NCBI GenBank assembly: GCA_902607435.1
Contig: CACLJX010000001.1
Coordinates: 10,899-74,898 of the forward strand
DNA length: 64,000 nucleotides
Reading direction: 5' to 3'
DNA from: an uncultured Alphaproteobacteria bacterium
Lineage (GTDB): Bacteria; Pseudomonadota; Alphaproteobacteria; HIMB59; GCA-002718135
This document shows positions 1 through 9,577 of the stretch, piece after piece. Below the pieces are notes generated by a model, which did no database searches, was not told where the DNA came from, and worked only from the letters and a program-made list of their open reading frames with translations. Positions within the stretch are counted from its first letter, which is position 1. Each line of letters begins with the position of its first letter. A program made the position numbers and the translations under genes.

Positions 1-573
1 CAATTCTTCTCCTCCGCCAGCAAATATTATGTTTTGTTTTCCAAGTTGAATTAGTTCATATGCGTTACCAATACAATGGCTACTTGTCGAACAAGCTGAT
101 GAAATTGAATAATTTACACCTTTTATTTTGAAAGGAATAGCCAAGGTTGCTGTATTTGTACTCGACATCGTTCTTGGTACCATATAAGGACCAACTTTTC
201 TAGAACCACGGGACTTAGCTATTTCATAAGCATTTAAGAAATTTTGAGTTGAAGGACCTCCAGATCCTACAATAATTCCTGTCATTTCATTTGAAATTTC
301 ATTTTCTTCTAATTTTGCATCTTTTATTGCATTTTTCATTGCAATATAATTAAAAGCAGCACCATCACCCATAAATCTTAAAATTTTTCGGTCAATATTT
401 TCTTCTAAATTAATATTTGGCTTTCCATGGACGAGACTACGAAAAGAAAACTCTGCATATTCAGGAGCTTTAACAATTCCTGATTTTAAATTTTTTAAAT
501 TAAAAACAACATCATCTTTTGTATTGCCAATGCACGAGACTATTCCAAGTCCAGTTATTACTACACGATTCAT
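1..573 (-). CDS. fabB: 3-oxoacyl-ACP synthase I (KAS I), N-terminal part; C-terminus lies beyond the left edge
   Basis: My minus-strand translation from ATG (573..571) reads [17 protein letters not shown]...[39 protein letters not shown]. This is near-colinear with E. coli FabB, including the active-site SSAC. It lies directly downstream of fabA. Confidence 0.9.
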   Translation of the reverse strand, partial: MNRVVITGLGIVSCIGNTKDDVVFNLKNLKSGIVKAPEYAEFSFRSLVHGKPNINLEENIDRKILRFMGDGAAFNYIAMKNAIKDAKLEENEISNEMTGIIVGSGGPSTQNFLNAYEIAKSRGSRKVGPYMVPRTMSSTNTATLAIPFKIKGVNYSISSACSTSSHCIGNAYELIQLGKQNIIFAGGGEEL

Positions 574-576
574 TAA

Positions 577-1083
577 TTATTTTTCAGTAGTAAAAAGACC
601 AACCTTCATATCTTTAACTTCATATATTTGTTTTCCATCTGCTTTCATAATTCCATCCGCAATACCCATTATTAGTTTTCTTAGAATTAATCTTTTAAGA
701 GAGATGTGGTAAGTGACTTTTTTTACAGAATTTAAAACCTGACCTGAAAATTTTACTTCACCGACACCAAGAGCTCTTCCTTTTCCAGGTTGACCAATCC
801 ATCCAAGATAAAAACCTATAAGCTGCCACATTGCATCTAAGCCTAGACAACCAGGCATAACAGGATCATTTTTAAAATGACAATCAAAAAACCACAGATT
901 AGGCTTTATATCTAATTCAGCTATCACTTCCCCCTTATCATAACTGCCACCTTTTTCATTGATATTTATTATTCTGTCTAACATTAGCATAGGAGGCAGG
1001 GGGAGCTGTGCATTGCCTTTGCCAAATAGCAATCCTTTGGCACAATCTATAAGTTGATCATAGTTAAAAGAGTTTAGTTTCAT
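577..1083 (-). CDS. fabA: 3-hydroxydecanoyl-ACP dehydratase/isomerase
   Basis: Contains [33 protein letters not shown] and [18 protein letters not shown], as in E. coli FabA. The ORF-track start at 1125 is a TTG; the first ATG (1083) gives the canonical N-terminus. Confidence 0.92.
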   Translation of the reverse strand: MKLNSFNYDQLIDCAKGLLFGKGNAQLPLPPMLMLDRIININEKGGSYDKGEVIAELDIKPNLWFFDCHFKNDPVMPGCLGLDAMWQLIGFYLGWIGQPGKGRALGVGEVKFSGQVLNSVKKVTYHISLKRLILRKLIMGIADGIMKADGKQIYEVKDMKVGLFTTEK

Positions 1084-1146
1084 AATAATATCATTATTAG
1101 ATATATAATTGTTAAATATTATCAATTAATTCTTTTAATTAATACC

Positions 1147-1899
1147 TTAAGATTTATTACTATTATTAATACAACCACTATTTTTCTTAACATTTATGTG
1201 ACTAATTTTCATTGATTTAGAACTTATTATTATTAATATATTTTTAATAATGTGTTTAGTAAAAAAATTTATTGTAGTTTGTGCTGCAATTAATCCTGTT
1301 AAACCAGCAGCTGTTCCAATTACACCTATAGACTCGCATCTAGGCAAATTAGGTTCATTTTTATTTGGATAAATACAATTTAAACACAAATGATTTTCTT
1401 TTATATTTTTGAATAAAATTACTTGGCCATCAAAACCAATAACAGAGGTGCTGATAAGAGGTATTGATTGTTTAACACAGAATTTATTTATTAAATTCAT
1501 AGTATGCCAATTGTCAGTGGCATCAATGACAAGAGATGGTTTGTATAAATATTTTTTTATATTTTTGCCATTAATTTTTTGAAAAATAGTTTTTATTTTA
1601 CATTCGGGATTAATCCCATTTAATATTTTTTTTGCTACCTTAACTTTTGCTTTTCCAACATGATGAATTGAATAGAGAATTTGTCTATTAAGATTGCTTT
1701 TTTGAATCTTATCGTTGTCAATTAATGTTAATATCTTTATTCCAGTTGTTAATAAATATTGTGCAACTGCACATCCAATTCCGCCCATTCCAATTATTAT
1801 TACATGTTGTTTTTGAATATAATTAAAAGTTTTTTCATCAAATTCTTTAAGAATAAGCTGTCTAGAAAAAATTTCTAATTCTTGTTCTGATATAGTCAA
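1147..1899 (-). CDS. ThiF/MoeB-family adenylyltransferase
   Basis: FSRQLIL N-terminus, Rossmann motif IIGMGGIGC, CLNC...PRC zinc-type cysteines. Apparent TTG start. Confidence 0.8.
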   Translation of the reverse strand: MTISEQELEIFSRQLILKEFDEKTFNYIQKQHVIIIGMGGIGCAVAQYLLTTGIKILTLIDNDKIQKSNLNRQILYSIHHVGKAKVKVAKKILNGINPECKIKTIFQKINGKNIKKYLYKPSLVIDATDNWHTMNLINKFCVKQSIPLISTSVIGFDGQVILFKNIKENHLCLNCIYPNKNEPNLPRCESIGVIGTAAGLTGLIAAQTTINFFTKHIIKNILIIISSKSMKISHINVKKNSGCINNSNKS

Positions 1900-1918
1900 T
1901 TTAAATCTTATTTATCAT

Positions 1919-3103
1919 TTATAGATTATTATTTTTAAAATTATCTATAATCTTGTTAACCAATAATTTTGCAATATTAATTTTTGTCATTTTTTTAAAT
2001 TTCAATATTTTGTTATTACTAATTAAAATAATTTTATTAAAATCTGATCCAAAAACTCTGTTATTTTTATCTATTTTATTTCCTACAATCCAATCACTAC
2101 CTTTTGCTTTAATTTTTTTTGTAGCATTAGTTATTAAATTTTCTGTTTCTGCAGCGAAACTTATTACTAGTTGTGGACGTAGTTTTTTACTTGAGCAAAT
2201 TTTTTTTACAATATCAGGATTATTCATTAATGTAATATTTTTAAATTTCTCTCTTTTAATTTTCTGTTTTATTTTTTTTGTTGGTTTAATGTCACTCACT
2301 GCGGCAGTAAAAATTGCAATGTCTGTTTTTAAACATTTACGAACAGTTTTGTACATTTCTTCTGCGGTTATAATATTTATAATTTTTACATTTGATGGTG
2401 GTTGTAAATTTGTAGGCCCGGTAATCAAAGTAACTTTTGCTCCGGACAATGATAATTGTTTAGCAATTTCATATCCTTGTTTTCCGCTAGAAAAATTTGA
2501 AATATATCTTATTGGATCAATTGATTCAATTGTTGGCCCTGCTGTTACAATGCAAGTTTTATCTTTAAGTTTTTTTGTTTTTTGAGCATAATTTAAAATA
2601 ACCTGAATAATTTTATTTTCTTTTGTAAGTCTACCAAGACCTTTTTCACCGCAAGACAGGTAACCATAATCAGGCCCAATAAATTCTATTCCTTTTTTTT
2701 TTAACTTATAAATATTGTCCTGGTTTATAGAATTATTCCACATTTCTACATTCATTGCAGGTATTATTATAATTTTCTTATTAGAAGCTATAAGAGACGT
2801 GCTTGCAAGATCATCAGCATACCCATGCACAAATTTAGCTATAAGATTGGCTGTTGCCGGGCATACAATAATCAAATCACTTATTCTCGTTAATTTAATG
2901 TGAAGCATTTTGTTATTTTTTTCTGAAGAATTATAATACACTCTTCCCTTGATAGAATGCTTTATTAAACTAGAATTTATTAATTTCTTTGCACTATCAG
3001 TGACTATGCAATTTATATACATTCCTTTATTAGTCAGAATAGATAATATTTTTATGCATTTTTTTGCTGCGATTGATCCAGAAATTATAAATAAAAACTT
3101 CAT
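1919..3103 (-). CDS. coaBC: bifunctional phosphopantothenoylcysteine decarboxylase / phosphopantothenate-cysteine ligase
   Basis: 394 aa. N-terminal flavoprotein domain (ISGSIAA, PAMN) and C-terminal CoaB domain (SGKQG, FAAETEN-like). TAATG overlap with ubiE. Confidence 0.9.
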   Translation of the reverse strand: MKFLFIISGSIAAKKCIKILSILTNKGMYINCIVTDSAKKLINSSLIKHSIKGRVYYNSSEKNNKMLHIKLTRISDLIIVCPATANLIAKFVHGYADDLASTSLIASNKKIIIIPAMNVEMWNNSINQDNIYKLKKKGIEFIGPDYGYLSCGEKGLGRLTKENKIIQVILNYAQKTKKLKDKTCIVTAGPTIESIDPIRYISNFSSGKQGYEIAKQLSLSGAKVTLITGPTNLQPPSNVKIINIITAEEMYKTVRKCLKTDIAIFTAAVSDIKPTKKIKQKIKREKFKNITLMNNPDIVKKICSSKKLRPQLVISFAAETENLITNATKKIKAKGSDWIVGNKIDKNNRVFGSDFNKIILISNNKILKFKKMTKINIAKLLVNKIIDNFKNNNL

Positions 3104-3840
3104 TAAATTTTTGTAGCTTTATGTATACATACTATCCCATTAAATAAATTAATATATGTAGCATTTATAAATCCAATTTTTTTAAGTTTATTTAATAAAA
3201 TATCTTGATGTGGAAACTGATTGATACTTTCTACAAGATATTTATAAGCTTTTTTATTATTTGCAATTTTTTCACCAATTAGTGGAATAGTATTTTTTTT
3301 ATATAATTCATACATTTTATTAATTAAGGAAGATTGCGGAGTACTAAATTCTAAGCAATAAAAACTTCCTCCTGGTTTTAAGATTCTCCAAGCTTCTGTC
3401 AGTGCTTTATTAATTAAAGTTATATTTCTTAAACAAAAAGAAATTATGTATTTGTCAAACAAATCATTTTCAAATGGAAGATTTTCAGCATTACAGTTAA
3501 TCCAATTAATTTTTTTTATTTTATTAGATAAATTATCTCTACCATATTTTAGCATTTCAAAATTTAAATCAGTTGAGACTAACGAAACATCTGGGTTATT
3601 TTTTTTTATTATTTTGATTAAATCACCTGTACCTGACCCAATATCAATTATTTTGTCAGTTTTTTGAATATTCATTAATCCTATAAGATCTTTTTTCCAA
3701 ATTCGATGAGTTCCAAAACTCATAAGATCATTCATTAAATCATATTTTGCAGAAACTTCACTAAAAATATTTTGTACCATTTTTGTTTTCTGGTTTTGTT
3801 TAACTTTTTGTTTGCCAAAACTTGTTTTAAGATTATCCAT
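3103..3840 (-). CDS. ubiE: demethylmenaquinone/ubiquinone C-methyltransferase
   Basis: YDLMNDLMSFGTHRIWKK and SAM motif DIGSGTGD are typical of UbiE/MenG. Confidence 0.9.
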   Translation of the reverse strand: MDNLKTSFGKQKVKQNQKTKMVQNIFSEVSAKYDLMNDLMSFGTHRIWKKDLIGLMNIQKTDKIIDIGSGTGDLIKIIKKNNPDVSLVSTDLNFEMLKYGRDNLSNKIKKINWINCNAENLPFENDLFDKYIISFCLRNITLINKALTEAWRILKPGGSFYCLEFSTPQSSLINKMYELYKKNTIPLIGEKIANNKKAYKYLVESINQFPHQDILLNKLKKIGFINATYINLFNGIVCIHKATKI

Positions 3841-3850
3841 AAATATAATT

Positions 3851-4672
3851 ATGCCTGAGTTACCTGAAGTTCAAACAACTATTATCGGTTTGCAATCATT
3901 ACTTAATAAAGAAATAACTAATATTATATTATATTCAAGAAAACTTAGATATTTAATACCAAAAAACATAACAAATATTTTAAAAAACACTCAAATTTTA
4001 AAAATTAGCAGGATAGGAAAATATATAATATGTGAACTCAATAATAATTATTCACTTATTTTTCATCTTGGAATGTCTGGGAGATTTCAAATATCCAAGC
4101 TTGATGATTATATACCTTCTAAACATGATCATATTTTAATATTTTTTGATAATAAAAAAATTTTATCCTACAATGATCCAAGAAAATTTGGCTTTGTTGA
4201 TTTAAGTGGTAGTAAAGAAGTTTGTCATAAAACATATATTGCAAAATTGGGATTAGATCCTTTTGATAAAAAATTAACTAATAATTATTTATTTAACAAA
4301 ATTAAATTTTCTCGTGTTCCAATTAAACAAATTTTACTTAATCAAAAAATTATTGCTGGTATTGGCAATATTTATGCAAACGAAATTTTATATGATGCAA
4401 AGATATCCCCTTTTATCCAAGGATCTTGTTTAGATGTTGATAGTATTAAAATATTAATTAAATCTATAAGAAAAATACTAAAACAAGCTATTAAGTTAGG
4501 CGGAACATCAATTAAGAACTATATTTCAACCGATGGCACTCTAGGTAATTTTCAAAATAAGTTTAAGGTGTACAATAAAGAAAACCAAAATATTTCAGGT
4601 TTTAAAATAAAGCGTGTTATTCAATATGGCAGATCAACTTTTTATTGTCCTGATATTCAAATAACTAATTAA
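3851..4672 (+). CDS. mutM: formamidopyrimidine-DNA glycosylase
   Basis: Canonical MPELPEV N-terminus at ATG 3851 (the ORF-track start at 3812 would overlap ubiE). H2TH region and C-terminal zinc-finger-like end. Confidence 0.9.
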   Translation: MPELPEVQTTIIGLQSLLNKEITNIILYSRKLRYLIPKNITNILKNTQILKISRIGKYIICELNNNYSLIFHLGMSGRFQISKLDDYIPSKHDHILIFFDNKKILSYNDPRKFGFVDLSGSKEVCHKTYIAKLGLDPFDKKLTNNYLFNKIKFSRVPIKQILLNQKIIAGIGNIYANEILYDAKISPFIQGSCLDVDSIKILIKSIRKILKQAIKLGGTSIKNYISTDGTLGNFQNKFKVYNKENQNISGFKIKRVIQYGRSTFYCPDIQITN

Positions 4673-4802
4673 CATAATTTTTATATAATTAGTTTTCAAA
4701 TATTAGATATTTTTGTTAAAGTAAAACAATTTGATATATGTTTTATTATTAAATTGAATTAAATTAACTTGATATATCTCAAATTTTTTTTAAGTAAAAA
4801 GA

Positions 4803-6467
4803 ATGAATAATTATAATAAGAATTTAGATAAGAATTCTTCTAACTATGTACCTCTTTCTCCACTAACATTTTTAGAAAGAGCTAAAGATATATATCCAGA
4901 TTACGAAGCTTTGTTTTATGGTAATAGAAAATATACATGGAAACAAACTTATGATCGTTGTATTCAGTTCGCAAGTGCATTAGAAAAAATTGGCATAGGT
5001 CTTGGAGATACAGTTTCAGTTTTAGCTGCTAATACTCCTGAATTGTTTGAAGCTCATTACTTTATTCCAATGACAGGTGCCGTAATAAACACAATCAATA
5101 TTCGGTTAGATTCTCATACTATTGCATATATTTTAGAGCATAGTGATGCAAAGCTTTTTATTGTTGATACACAATTTTCTCCTGTAATAAAAAAGTCTTT
5201 ACAACAAATTAATAAAAAAATTCCTATTATTGATATAGTTGATAGTCAGGCTCAATTAGAAAAAGGAGAAGGTGAACGTCTAGGACAATGGACTTATGAA
5301 GATTTTTTATCTAGTGGCGATCTAGACTATAACTGGAAAAAACCCCAAGATGAATGGCAAGCAATTTCCTTAAGTTACACTTCAGGAACAACAGGCCAAC
5401 CAAAGGGTGTAGTTTATCATCATCGTGGTTCTTATCTAATGTCAATGGGGAGCGTTGTTGCTTGGAACATGCCAAATAATTTAAGTTATCTATACACAGT
5501 TCCAATGTTTCATTGTAATGGATGGGGCTATCCCTGGACGCTTGCTTTACTTAATGCAAAAGCAGTATTTTGTCGTTACATTGTTGCAAAAAATATTTTT
5601 AATTTAATTGATAAACATAATATAACGCATTTTGGTGGCGCACCAATTGTTTTAAATTTAATTGCTAATGCGAAAGAAGAAGATAAGAAAGTATTAAAAA
5701 ATAAAGTTTATGCAATGACGGCAGGCGCACCTCCACCTAGTGTAATTTTAGAAAAAATGGAAAAATTGGGTTTTGAAGTAATGCATGTCTACGGATTAAC
5801 CGAAACATATGGGCATATATTACATTGTGCATGGAATTCTTCCTGGAATGAATTATCTCAAGATAAAAAAGCAGAAATTAAAGCACAGCAAGGAGTTCGT
5901 TATCCTCATACAGAAGAAGTAGCTGTTCTTAATCCTAGGACATACGAATATGTTCCTATGGATGGTCAAACAATGGGAGAAATAATGATTCGAGGTAATA
6001 CAGTTATGAAAGGATATTATAAAAACAAAGATGCTACAGAAGAAACAATGAAAAAAGGTTGGTTCCATTCTGGTGATTTAGCAGTTATGCATCCCAATGG
6101 ATATATTCAAGTCAAGGACCGTTCAAAAGATATTATTATATCTGGAGGAGAGAATATTTCATCTGTTGAAGTAGAAAACATTATTGCTAAACATGAAGCG
6201 GTTTCTTTAGTTGCTGTAGTAGCAAAACCTGATGAAAAATGGGGAGAAACACCTTGCGCATTTATTGAATTGAAAGCAGGAATACAAACAACTGAAAAGG
6301 AAATAATTGAATATTGTAAAAAAAATATGGCTGGATTTAAGAGACCAAAACATGTAATCTTTGGCGAACTGCCCAAAACATCAACTGGAAAAATTCAAAA
6401 ATTTGAACTTAGAAAAAAAGCAAAGGAGAAAAAGTGGACCCAAAAACTTACAAATTTGATACATTAA
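4803..6467 (+). CDS. AMP-forming acyl-CoA synthetase (medium/short-chain type)
   Basis: AMP-binding motifs YTSGTTGQPKGV, GYYKNKDAT, WFHSGDLA, SGGENISS, PKTSTGKIQK. Confidence 0.88.
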   Translation: MNNYNKNLDKNSSNYVPLSPLTFLERAKDIYPDYEALFYGNRKYTWKQTYDRCIQFASALEKIGIGLGDTVSVLAANTPELFEAHYFIPMTGAVINTINIRLDSHTIAYILEHSDAKLFIVDTQFSPVIKKSLQQINKKIPIIDIVDSQAQLEKGEGERLGQWTYEDFLSSGDLDYNWKKPQDEWQAISLSYTSGTTGQPKGVVYHHRGSYLMSMGSVVAWNMPNNLSYLYTVPMFHCNGWGYPWTLALLNAKAVFCRYIVAKNIFNLIDKHNITHFGGAPIVLNLIANAKEEDKKVLKNKVYAMTAGAPPPSVILEKMEKLGFEVMHVYGLTETYGHILHCAWNSSWNELSQDKKAEIKAQQGVRYPHTEEVAVLNPRTYEYVPMDGQTMGEIMIRGNTVMKGYYKNKDATEETMKKGWFHSGDLAVMHPNGYIQVKDRSKDIIISGGENISSVEVENIIAKHEAVSLVAVVAKPDEKWGETPCAFIELKAGIQTTEKEIIEYCKKNMAGFKRPKHVIFGELPKTSTGKIQKFELRKKAKEKKWTQKLTNLIH

Positions 6468-7744
6468 GCTTACACGGAGGACATCAACCAGATAAAAATT
6501 TTGGTTCTAGAGCTGTTCCAATTTATCAAACCACATCTTATGTTTTTCAAGATACAGATCATGCAGCTGCATTATTTAACTTGGAACAAGGTGGGCATAT
6601 TTACAGTCGTATTTCTAATCCTACTGTTGCAGTTTTAGAAGAAAGAGTTTCTGCATTAGAAGGCGGTACTGGTGCAATAGCAACAGCTTCGGGTCAAAGC
6701 TCGGTTTTTCTTACTATAATGACTTTAGTTAATTCTGGTGATCATATTGTATCTTCATCACAACTTTATGGGGGAACAGTTAATTTATTGCGTTTAACGC
6801 TTCCTAGACTTGGTATTGAAACTACTTTTGTCAAACCAAGAGATACTGAAGGTTTCAAAAAAGCAATTAAGCCAAATACAAAACTTGTGTTTGGAGAAAT
6901 TATTGGAAATCCAGGGTTAGAGATTATGGACGTTCCTGAAGTTGCTAAAATTGCTCATGATTCTGGAATACCGCTAGTAATAGATGCTACTTTTAATACA
7001 CCTTATCTTTGTAATCCACTTAACATTGGTGCTGATCTAGTTGTTCATTCATTAACAAAATGGATGTGTGGTCATGGAACATCAATGGGAGGAATATTAG
7101 TAGAGGGAGGAAAATTTGATTGGAAACAAAACAATAAATTTCCTACGATGACTGAACCATATCCAGGATACCATGGTCTATCTTTTGCAGAAGAATTTGG
7201 ACCAATGGCTTTTACTATGCGAGCCCGAGCTGAAGGAATGCGAGATTTTGGACCGTGCATGAGTCCAACTAATGCTTTTAATATTCTTCAGGGTATAGAA
7301 ACTTTGTCAGTGAGAATGGACAAACATATGTCTAATACTATGAAAATGCTAGAGTATCTTACAAATCATGTAGGAGTAGAGTGGGTTACGCATCCAGATT
7401 TACCTAATCATACTGACCACAAAGTAGCTAAAAAAATATTACCAAAAGGTGCGGGTTCAATGATTGCTTTTGGCGTTAAAGGAGGAAGGTTAGCAGGAGA
7501 GGCCTTTATTAATGGAGTTAAGCTTGCTTCTAATCTTGCTAATGTGGGAGATGCAAAAACATTGGTTATTCATCCAGCTTCAACAACTCATGCACAGATG
7601 GATGCAGAAACAATGAAACTAGCTGGATTAACAGAAGATATGATACGTCTTTCTGTTGGTATTGAAAATGTTGAAGATATTATTGAAGATTTTGAAAACG
7701 GCTTTAGAGCCGCAAGAAAACCACGTTTAGTAGCTAATAAGTGA
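6434..7744 (+). CDS. metY: O-acetylhomoserine sulfhydrylase (PLP-dependent)
   Basis: FDTLSLHGGH, SRISNPT and HSLTKWMCGHG (PLP lysine region). GTG start at 6434 preceded by AAGGAG at 6424..6429, inside the upstream gene. Confidence 0.9.
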   Translation: MDPKTYKFDTLSLHGGHQPDKNFGSRAVPIYQTTSYVFQDTDHAAALFNLEQGGHIYSRISNPTVAVLEERVSALEGGTGAIATASGQSSVFLTIMTLVNSGDHIVSSSQLYGGTVNLLRLTLPRLGIETTFVKPRDTEGFKKAIKPNTKLVFGEIIGNPGLEIMDVPEVAKIAHDSGIPLVIDATFNTPYLCNPLNIGADLVVHSLTKWMCGHGTSMGGILVEGGKFDWKQNNKFPTMTEPYPGYHGLSFAEEFGPMAFTMRARAEGMRDFGPCMSPTNAFNILQGIETLSVRMDKHMSNTMKMLEYLTNHVGVEWVTHPDLPNHTDHKVAKKILPKGAGSMIAFGVKGGRLAGEAFINGVKLASNLANVGDAKTLVIHPASTTHAQMDAETMKLAGLTEDMIRLSVGIENVEDIIEDFENGFRAARKPRLVANK

Positions 7745-8553
7745 AATTAAAAGTTAATAATAAAGAAGTTTTTGCTTCTACTGGTGGTCAATCTTTTGAT
7801 AAAAACAAGCCAGTAATTATATTTGTACATGGTAGCGGCTTAAGTCATGTTACATGGGTTTTACAAACTCGTTATTTTGCTTTTCATGGATATAGTGTTT
7901 TAGCAATAGACTTACCAGGACACGGATATTCTGATGGCCCATCATTAAAATCAATGGAAGAAATGGGAGATTGGATAGCAGATGTAATTGATTCATTAGA
8001 AATAATAGAAGCTTCACTAGTAGGACATTCACAAGGTTGTTTAGTTGTAATGGAAACAGCTTCGAGATACCCAGACAAGGTAAAATCTTTGAGTTTAATG
8101 GGAGGAGGCGGTGCTATCCCTATGAATCCTGAATTACTAAATTTAGCTGAAAATGGAGATGCAAAAGCTGTTGATTTAATGATGGATTGGGCACACGGGC
8201 CTGCAGGCCATTTTGGAGGACACTCTGTTCCTGGTTTGCATCATATTAATATTGGAGGGACTATAGTACTTAATGGTTCTGTCAAAGAAACTTTGGGGGT
8301 GGATTTTAGAGCTTGTAATAATTATAAAAATGGTTTTGAAGCAGCAAAAAAAATTAGATGTCCTACACTTAATATTCTTGGTGAATATGATAGGATGATA
8401 CCAGTTAAAGAAGGAAAGAAATTGGCTGATAATATAAAAAATTCTGAAATTGTTATTATACCTAAATGTGGGCATATGATTTTATTAGAAGAAGCTGACC
8501 AAGCTCTTGCTGCTTTAAAAAAATTTATTAAACAGAATCACCCTACAGAATAA
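7741..8553 (+). CDS. alpha/beta-fold hydrolase
   Basis: HGSG oxyanion region, nucleophile elbow GHSQG, C-terminal GHM. GTGA overlap with the metY stop. Confidence 0.8.
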   Translation: MKLKVNNKEVFASTGGQSFDKNKPVIIFVHGSGLSHVTWVLQTRYFAFHGYSVLAIDLPGHGYSDGPSLKSMEEMGDWIADVIDSLEIIEASLVGHSQGCLVVMETASRYPDKVKSLSLMGGGGAIPMNPELLNLAENGDAKAVDLMMDWAHGPAGHFGGHSVPGLHHINIGGTIVLNGSVKETLGVDFRACNNYKNGFEAAKKIRCPTLNILGEYDRMIPVKEGKKLADNIKNSEIVIIPKCGHMILLEEADQALAALKKFIKQNHPTE

Positions 8554-8562
8554 ATAGATTAT

Positions 8563-8760
8563 TTAAGAATTAACTTTTTCTTCAGAGATTGGTTTGTCTG
8601 GTCTAGTAAGTCTTTCTAATTCGTCCAATTCAGCTTCTTTTTTCGCGATTCTTTTTTGTTTTCGAGCTTCGAGCTTCATTTTTCTTTTTAACTCTTTTTC
8701 CATTTTTCTGTCGCCAGCTTTAGATTTGTGATTATAATGAATGCCCATAACATATTCCAA
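8563..8760 (-). CDS. small highly charged hypothetical protein (65 aa)
   Basis: The ORF fills an otherwise empty gap between convergent and divergent neighbours. K/E/R-rich, predicted helical. No family recognised. Confidence 0.4.
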   Translation of the reverse strand: MEYVMGIHYNHKSKAGDRKMEKELKRKMKLEARKQKRIAKKEAELDELERLTRPDKPISEEKVNS

Positions 8761-8832
8761 AAGGAGCTATTTACTAAATTTTATATTCTATTTCTAGTCT
8801 TTTAAAAAATATCTAATATATGTAACATAATA

Positions 8833-9513
8833 ATGAACAAAAAAAATCCATTAACAGGACCTTCATTTGAACCTCATAAAAGGCCGGAAAAATTTGTTAT
8901 TTTGCTTCATGGATATGGAGATAACGGTGAAAACTTTATCCCTTTGGCACAAGAACTTTATGATTTAAAATTGAATGCTAATTTTTTTGCTCCAAATGCT
9001 CCTTCTACTGTTCCTCAATATCCTATTGGAAGACAGTGGTTTGATCTTTATCCCAATGGGATTAATTTTAATGAAGCTGGAACAAAAGAAAAAGAAATAC
9101 TAAAGCAAGATTGTATTTCATCTTTAAATCTTCTTAAAAAATATATTGATGTTTTGTGTTCAAAATATCTTGTTACATACAAAGATTTTTTTATCCTAGG
9201 TTTTTCTCAAGGTGCGATGATGGCCTTTGAACTAGGCAAATATGTTAATCAAGTTTTTGCAGGTTGTATTTTACTATCAGGAAGAATTTTACCTTCTGGA
9301 AGTCATAATAAAAAACCTTTTATAAAAACACCGATGATGATTGTTCACGGAGAACAGGATACAGTTATAGAACCAAAATATTTTGATGAAGCATGTAGTA
9401 TATTGAAAAAAGAAGGTTTTTTATATGAATCACATCTTATAAAAAATGAAGCACATTCTATTTCATCAAAGATTCTATATTTAGTCCAAAAATTTATAAA
9501 AAAAAATATATGA
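8833..9513 (+). CDS. phospholipase/carboxylesterase-family serine hydrolase
   Basis: LLHGYGDNG, GFSQGAMMA (GxSxG), VHGEQDTVI. Confidence 0.8.
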   Translation: MNKKNPLTGPSFEPHKRPEKFVILLHGYGDNGENFIPLAQELYDLKLNANFFAPNAPSTVPQYPIGRQWFDLYPNGINFNEAGTKEKEILKQDCISSLNLLKKYIDVLCSKYLVTYKDFFILGFSQGAMMAFELGKYVNQVFAGCILLSGRILPSGSHNKKPFIKTPMMIVHGEQDTVIEPKYFDEACSILKKEGFLYESHLIKNEAHSISSKILYLVQKFIKKNI

Positions 9514-9577
9514 CGTAAACGCAATGTCATACTATAATCTTATCTATATTATATGATTATGGAGCATAGTAATTAAT

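Noticed and set aside
1953-2585. Long antisense or shadow ORFs in the six-frame track. Examples: 1953..2585, 10722..10946, 19299..19682, 23591..23878, 24423..24743, 25002..25256, 26908..27186, 54666..55031, 57080..57337 and 60563..60988.
   Set aside because: Each lies entirely inside a well-supported gene on the opposite strand or in another frame. Their composition is low-complexity or implausible (runs of F/I/L/S or Cys/Trp-rich), and none carries a recognisable motif. These are typical shadow ORFs of AT-rich or codon-biased DNA.
4673-4802. I looked for a SAM-type riboswitch, since SAM-responsive elements are known upstream of metY in marine alphaproteobacteria. I also noted the direct repeat TTGATATAT at 4731..4739 and 4769..4777, upstream of the ligase-metY operon.
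   Set aside because: metY has no leader of its own here. The 130-nt spacer upstream of the ligase is almost pure A/T, with no GC-containing helices or pseudoknot-capable segments that I could see. A 9-mer repeat in such A/T-rich DNA is weak evidence. An Infernal/Rfam scan would settle it.
6434-6467. The 34-nt overlap between the acyl-CoA synthetase and metY might indicate a frameshift, pseudogene or sequencing error.
   Set aside because: The ligase retains its full C-terminal motif (PKTSTGKIQK) plus a normal short tail. metY has a normal N-terminus (FDTLSLHGG). A perfect AAGGAG sits at the right distance from the GTG. The overlap is best read as genuine translational coupling.
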